Shown here: positions 53,501-56,191 of the stretch, piece after piece | Layout of the letters: each line of letters opens with the position of its first letter | How positions within the stretch are numbered: position 1 is the stretch's first letter | Assembly: GCA_045598025.1 (NCBI GenBank) | Contig: JAZLLH010000059.1 | Coordinates: 1 to 56,191, forward strand | Source: Bacteroidales bacterium | GTDB taxonomy: Bacteria > Bacteroidota > Bacteroidia > Bacteroidales > WCHB1-69 | Reading direction: 5' to 3' | Length of the DNA stretch: 56,191 nucleotides | The notes under the pieces: model-generated | Databases searched by the model: none | What the model saw: only the letters and a program-made list of their open reading frames with translations | Told to the model about the DNA's origin: nothing | Position numbers and translations under genes: made by a program

Positions 53501-56191
53501 CTGGTGTTTCTTCCGATGTGAAAGTTAATCTGATGAATGTCGGAAACGAAACCATTGACAGTCTGACTATCCGTTGGACAAGAGATGGAGTGGCTCAGAA
53601 TCCTGTGAAACTGACCAATCTGAATCTGACATCCTATGCATCAGTTGTTATTCCTTTGGGCAGTTTCATTCCGGATACCAGCTCGCCTTCGACTACCCTC
53701 GTGGCATGGTGTGAAAATCCGAACGGCCGCATGGATAACAATACTTCTACAGATACCATTGTCAAGGAGTTGGTCGTCTGTGGAACTGCTTTGTCCGGAA
53801 GCTATATTGTCGGTAACAGCAGCAAGGCCGATTTCAATTCTCTTGAACAGGCTATCAGCCTGTTGAATTACTGCGGCGTTCGCGGACCTGTGGACATTCT
53901 GCTGGAAACGGGTGATTATGCTGGCTTTGAATTGGGTGTTATTCCCGGAACCAGCAGCACCAATATCGTAACCTTCACTTCCTATATGCACAGTGCGGAT
54001 ATGGTGACCATCGGCAATGCGGAACCTACAGCCATTAAATTGGATGGAACCTGCCATGTGTATTTCAAGGATTTGACCATAGGTGGAATAGACTCCAAAA
54101 ACTCTGTTGCCGTTGATATGGTCGGCTATATTGAAGACGTGTTCTTCCATCACTGCAAACTGTACGCCAGCAATACGACGACGAACAGTTCTTCACATGT
54201 GGTGAATTATGCCAACACCAACAATACGACGATTTATTTGAGTAATGTCCGCTTCATCGGCAACGAAATCCGCGGCGGTTACTATGGTCTCTACCTGTAC
54301 TATGCAGGCGGTGCCGCAGACAACTGCAAACCGGGTGCGGCCAAACGTGCTTCCGTTGTCATTGACAGTAACTACATCTATGATCAGTACTATTACCCGC
54401 TGTATTCGTACTACTACACCTACATACCGAGCTGTTCCTACAATGTGGTGAAGAGCCGTTCCGGTGCCAGCTACAACTACGGCCTGTATTTCTACTACTA
54501 CAACCTGGTGGACAAAATCGTGGGTAACCGCATCAACATCAACGTGAGCAGTTATGCCTACAGCGGTATCCGTCTGTATTATTACACCAACTATCCTTCC
54601 ACTTTCGGAACTACCACTACCGAACCGGTATTGGTTGCGGATAACGAAATTGTGAGCATCGGCGGAACCTATGCCTATGGTATTTATGCCTACTACTATG
54701 TGAATGCCAATATCCTGCACAATTCGGTGTACTGCAAGGCCCCGACGAACTACGGTATATACACCTATACTCAGGTGGCCACCTGCAACCTGAATGTGCA
54801 GAACAACATTTTCATGCTGGAAGGCGGTGCCACGACCAACTACTTTGCGTATGTGAGTGCAACAGCCACGCTGACGTCCTATCCGACTGTGTTTGACTAC
54901 AACGACTACTACACGACGAATACGGGCAAGAATACCTTCTATGTAGCCGCGGCTACGACGTATGCCAACTGGCAGTCAACCTACGGCATGGACGGTCATT
55001 CTGTAAGCGTGAGACCGGACTTCAAGAATCTTCCGAACGACCTGAGCATCGGTCAGTTCAGCGATTTGTTGAAGTGCAACCGTCAGCGCATGGTGCTTAA
55101 GGACATCAACGATGATGCCCGTACGAGCCTGACCATTATGGGTGCTTACAGCACGCCTCTGTTCGAAGGCAACGACCTGCAGCTGGAAGCTTATGCGGAA
55201 CCGGTTGTGGGCGGCATACAGTGCTTCCCGAACCAGACTCCGGTGAAGGTGACCCTCTACAACATGGGCACCAGCGATGTGGATTTTGCAGCAGCTCCTG
55301 CCAAACTGTACCTGAAGTGTGAGAGCGATTCCGTGAACTTTACGGTCAACGTTCCCGTCAATCAGGGCGGTATCGGCATCATGAAGCGCGATACCTTCGA
55401 AATCATTCCGAACATGGACATCACCTATCCGGGTCTGTACAAACTGACGGCCTGGCTGGAATGGAGCAAAGATCAGTTGTCGGATGACGACACGCTGAGA
55501 CTGGACTACTACGTCGACAAGACGGTTCTTCCTTACGACAACGACTTTACGGGTGCTTTTGCCGGTGTGGCCACGAACCAGGCCTACGGAGACATCAGTT
55601 GGGAAGTGTCTGCTACCAATCCGGTGCTGAATCCTGTGTACGGAACGGGCAGCCTGCTGTTCCGTTCATCGGAGGCCCGCGGATCCATCAGCCATGCACT
55701 GTTCACTTCCGTGAGCCTGCAGGGCACGTACAATCCGCAGCTGTACTTCTGGTATGCACACGACAATGCGAATCCTTATCTGCGCGACCAGATGGAAGTG
55801 CGCATTTCACAGGACGGCGGAGCTACCTTCAAGACGCTCCAGACGCTGTACCGTTACGATGCGAAGTGCACCCAGCCTACGTGGAAGCAGTATCAGATTG
55901 ATCTGAATCCGTACCGCAGCGGCAGCTGCATCATCATCGCCTTCACGGGCTACAGCTACGGTGGCGGCGACCAGACGGTGGACCGCGTGAAGATCATAGC
56001 CCAGCAGGATATGCAGGTGCTTGTGGACGTACCTTCGGATACGGACTTCACCGCCTGTAATCTGACGGGCCGCAACCTGACGGTATACCTGGAGAACCTC
56101 ACTTCTCAGGAAGTGCCGTTCAATGCAGGCGATTCCCTGACGGTCATGATGAGCGGAGCCTCTAACTTTGTGTACAAGCAGGCCTTGAGCG
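47506..56191 (+). CDS. Giant secreted adhesin-like protein (at least 2,895 aa, truncated by the window end): MAM/cleaved-adhesin-like domain, 4 x [CARDB/Ig-like + parallel beta-helix], then Ig and adhesin-like domains
   Basis: Hand translation of frame +1: MKKFIFMMLVVFLALPFGFS|QSR.... I saw no in-frame stop up to 56191, and none of the track's small plus-strand ORFs here use this frame. Absent from the track because it has no stop in the window. Confidence 0.92.
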   Translation, partial: MKKFIFMMLVVFLALPFGFSQSRIVISENFDGGTQSFTVSPSTGWERDTLLSVSGRRSMWGIVPNAEGDSVELISPMYDLSNYAYAYLRFSHICKVSEDDEVSVEYREDYMGAKWTKIPVGDYKGTTPTYKKSRCFHQGSYNTWVKSDLMYQPDNSWWKTESFDVSQEVSFANVQFKFKIKKGSSLGTNFAWGWFIDNFELTAAVTQIAPPVVVLLDPVISGQVFGAGPYDITAKCAKRTLLALQNPVLRYTCTELSGQIHQDSVLMKAKEGDSIWVATIPQQKVGTQVAYTVYASDTAGNNGSVFSSYQIGREWGFDSNCVALIAIDTPQRGALAGKTNKVVVDMQNRGLKTLSSADINWSVNGVQQSTYHWKGSLIEGFNEKVAIGTFVARADQYDTIVAWVSNPNGVTNTTEDTMVTRHTYGCNQIFNGSYTVGASGNFKDIQSALDAINLCGTGGNVILNVASGTYIGGLDFTGYMDIIGSNDHLTIQASTGNPEDVVIMSDTANPTSSVAVFSNAHNITLRNLTMKGMGTAIPITDTNSNITIEGCRIYLDTETTTTYAGVAIDGRAEKIRILNNFIEGAYYGLYTRGVSATQKLKNITLRNNDVMSSYYGTYYYYTDFDYVCNNRVYNRTLEVSSGSFYGIDMSYCDAEEVSNNRVWTRSKVSGGQGMYIYYFNQDSLRRGLVANNEVIYNATGTAYGIYTGYSECEFVNNSVLMNGSGASRAVYCNNYTQGMSMHFYNNNFVCYNGGYPMYFVYNYYMGTDILLDYNNCYGNDYIGYIGSAQTTLSGWQAISMDANATNINPVFKDPTVSAVCLHYNGLNCPKFTGVDYDIDDTLRTSLTTLGCYSETPKSFDAALIGFYDLKSSYTMGVNNPLYVILMNSGSKDTLKSCDIQWSVNGVAQTPMSWNGLLLPFETDTVYIGTFQVVDGAVHGSTRLAANLSKQNGMRSDMKPFNDSVKASTYGCQSAMAGTYTIGGTSANFASLSDALDILGICGVSGNVEFQLNPGTYAPISLGTIPGLSATSTLTITSATGNAADVIITGSGTLVNLSATSFVRIKNLTLDGLSATYGVYINGACNDIQVKYCNIKMNPASTSTIYGVYCASGFVRNDIHIVGNSIDGGYYGIYMYNGTGSAAAQHGLGHRVDSNTITNPYYYGMYGYYTDFESVSHNRIIARRANANTYCYGIYTYYCNHRYIVGNYVDALRKSFNYSYGIYVYYSNYSTYAQNTTDTTYVLDNDVRCIGQTGYAYPIYMYYGNQQVLHNSVYVECMYDNSYGIYVYEASPYHADLKNNNVYIVNGRNAYPIYAGGTISCYNIDGNNIYHPMTGSGLTTAPYLAYYNGARSDLAGLKLYDTNATILEPELIDIQRDGMVCANTGITTKPVSNVYYNTYGYRDHTGALRAAVPTRGAYEPVALINNAQLFAFSAPTAVVMMNGSSTDVRVILKNRGDSTLRSCTIAWDVNGISQTPVQWTGNLSKTDTMSVFLGRVYVFDSSYTITAYVSNPNGKTDDLAVDDTIRTELIGCSTMLNGTYVVGSSAAADMDFNKAMQVMSKCGVSGAVELQLEPGVYYANLDFTGIIGMTNSNVSVTITSTTGHDSDVVIEALAEEPTFRIANTYNFTLKNVTVRGYMRGATSNAITLDGNNKNLTIRNCILVTNKVNSSVTSDVAIFSKPSSADTVMVIANNTIIGNGGIYLYGTSGSRSHDVRIDSNTILSPYYYGIYTYYYDIRTLNANFLHKDKNESVCYYGLYPVYTYGVDDQATSFSFNRVHGAYNNALYMTGQYSNGVSSSNVNNPVVICNNEFICTGSSTSYNVTMWNSGGYILFNNNSIIVPQGASRTYMFSSYTYNPGHFKFMNNNFVNYGTVTNVYYTNMANQITTYADAWDYNNYWHGSAVFNINGSVANTLAGFASLIQNGRDAHSTEADPMIPNADSCAKPGKWAGMLCPMADSATTDIMGVLRSSMTYKGCYSETFHLDAALLSFDEPSYEAVVAGVSSDVKVNLMNVGNETIDSLTIRWTRDGVAQNPVKLTNLNLTSYASVVIPLGSFIPDTSSPSTTLVAWCENPNGRMDNNTSTDTIVKELVVCGTALSGSYIVGNSSKADFNSLEQAISLLNYCGVRGPVDILLETGDYAGFELGVIPGTSSTNIVTFTSYMHSADMVTIGNAEPTAIKLDGTCHVYFKDLTIGGIDSKNSVAVDMVGYIEDVFFHHCKLYASNTTTNSSSHVVNYANTNNTTIYLSNVRFIGNEIRGGYYGLYLYYAGGAADNCKPGAAKRASVVIDSNYIYDQYYYPLYSYYYTYIPSCSYNVVKSRSGASYNYGLYFYYYNLVDKIVGNRININVSSYAYSGIRLYYYTNYPSTFGTTTTEPVLVADNEIVSIGGTYAYGIYAYYYVNANILHNSVYCKAPTNYGIYTYTQVATCNLNVQNNIFMLEGGATTNYFAYVSATATLTSYPTVFDYNDYYTTNTGKNTFYVAAATTYANWQSTYGMDGHSVSVRPDFKNLPNDLSIGQFSDLLKCNRQRMVLKDINDDARTSLTIMGAYSTPLFEGNDLQLEAYAEPVVGGIQCFPNQTPVKVTLYNMGTSDVDFAAAPAKLYLKCESDSVNFTVNVPVNQGGIGIMKRDTFEIIPNMDITYPGLYKLTAWLEWSKDQLSDDDTLRLDYYVDKTVLPYDNDFTGAFAGVATNQAYGDISWEVSATNPVLNPVYGTGSLLFRSSEARGSISHALFTSVSLQGTYNPQLYFWYAHDNANPYLRDQMEVRISQDGGATFKTLQTLYRYDAKCTQPTWKQYQIDLNPYRSGSCIIIAFTGYSYGGGDQTVDRVKIIAQQDMQVLVDVPSDTDFTACNLTGRNLTVYLENLTSQEVPFNAGDSLTVMMSGASNFVYKQALS
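48463..55160 (+). repeat. Four tandem ~540-575-aa super-repeats within the giant ORF
   Basis: Units begin near 48463, 50080, 51772 and 53450. Each has N.G...L.S..I.W..(N/D)G..Q.P, then C....G(S/T)Y.(V/I)G, then A...(L/M/I)..CG..G.V...L..G.Y, then Tyr-rich beta-helix turns, and ends with a T..G(C/A)Y motif. Boundaries approximate. Confidence 0.85.

Noticed and set aside
47500-54720. Minus-strand ORFs of up to 548 aa (for example 51190-52836) and small plus-strand ORFs
   Set aside because: All are shadows or off-frame fragments of the giant frame +1 gene.
1-56191. Mobile elements, invertible promoters, tRNA/rRNA genes, diversity-generating retroelement
   Set aside because: I recognised no transposase, integrase/invertase or reverse transcriptase, no long inverted repeats flanking a promoter, and no tRNA or rRNA structure. 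The intergenic spaces are too short to hide most of these.

Overview
Gene-dense chromosomal segment from a Bacteroidota (probably Bacteroidales) bacterium. The basis is the many TAnnTTTG -7 promoter boxes, T9SS C-terminal sorting domains, Ala/Ser|Gln signal-peptide cleavage sites and a ~1,100-aa SecA. Most of it is housekeeping: miaA, gyrB, murD-type ligase, acpP-fabF-rnc, tcdA, queG, secA, rfaD/hldD, cysS, kdsA, glycosyltransferases, a TonB-dependent receptor and an OmpA/PorE-like protein. I found no tRNA, rRNA, CRISPR array, transposase or integrase. The most interesting items are: (1) a giant ORF missing from the supplied track (47506 to beyond the window end, at least 2,895 codons) built from four ~550-aa Ig-plus-Tyr-rich beta-helix super-repeats, with a sharp internal codon-usage shift; (2) an RND permease fused to a TolC-like factor through an internal, apparently cleavable signal peptide; (3) an RNase III at the canonical fabF-rnc position that has lost its catalytic acidic residues; (4) a MurD with MurD2-like (L-Glu-type) motifs and no murL beside it; (5) a gene broken across three reading frames upstream of a DUF4838-like ORF; and (6) two T9SS cargo proteins that share a Cys-paired repeat and PKD-like stalk. 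All protein family calls come from motif recognition by eye; no database searches were run.
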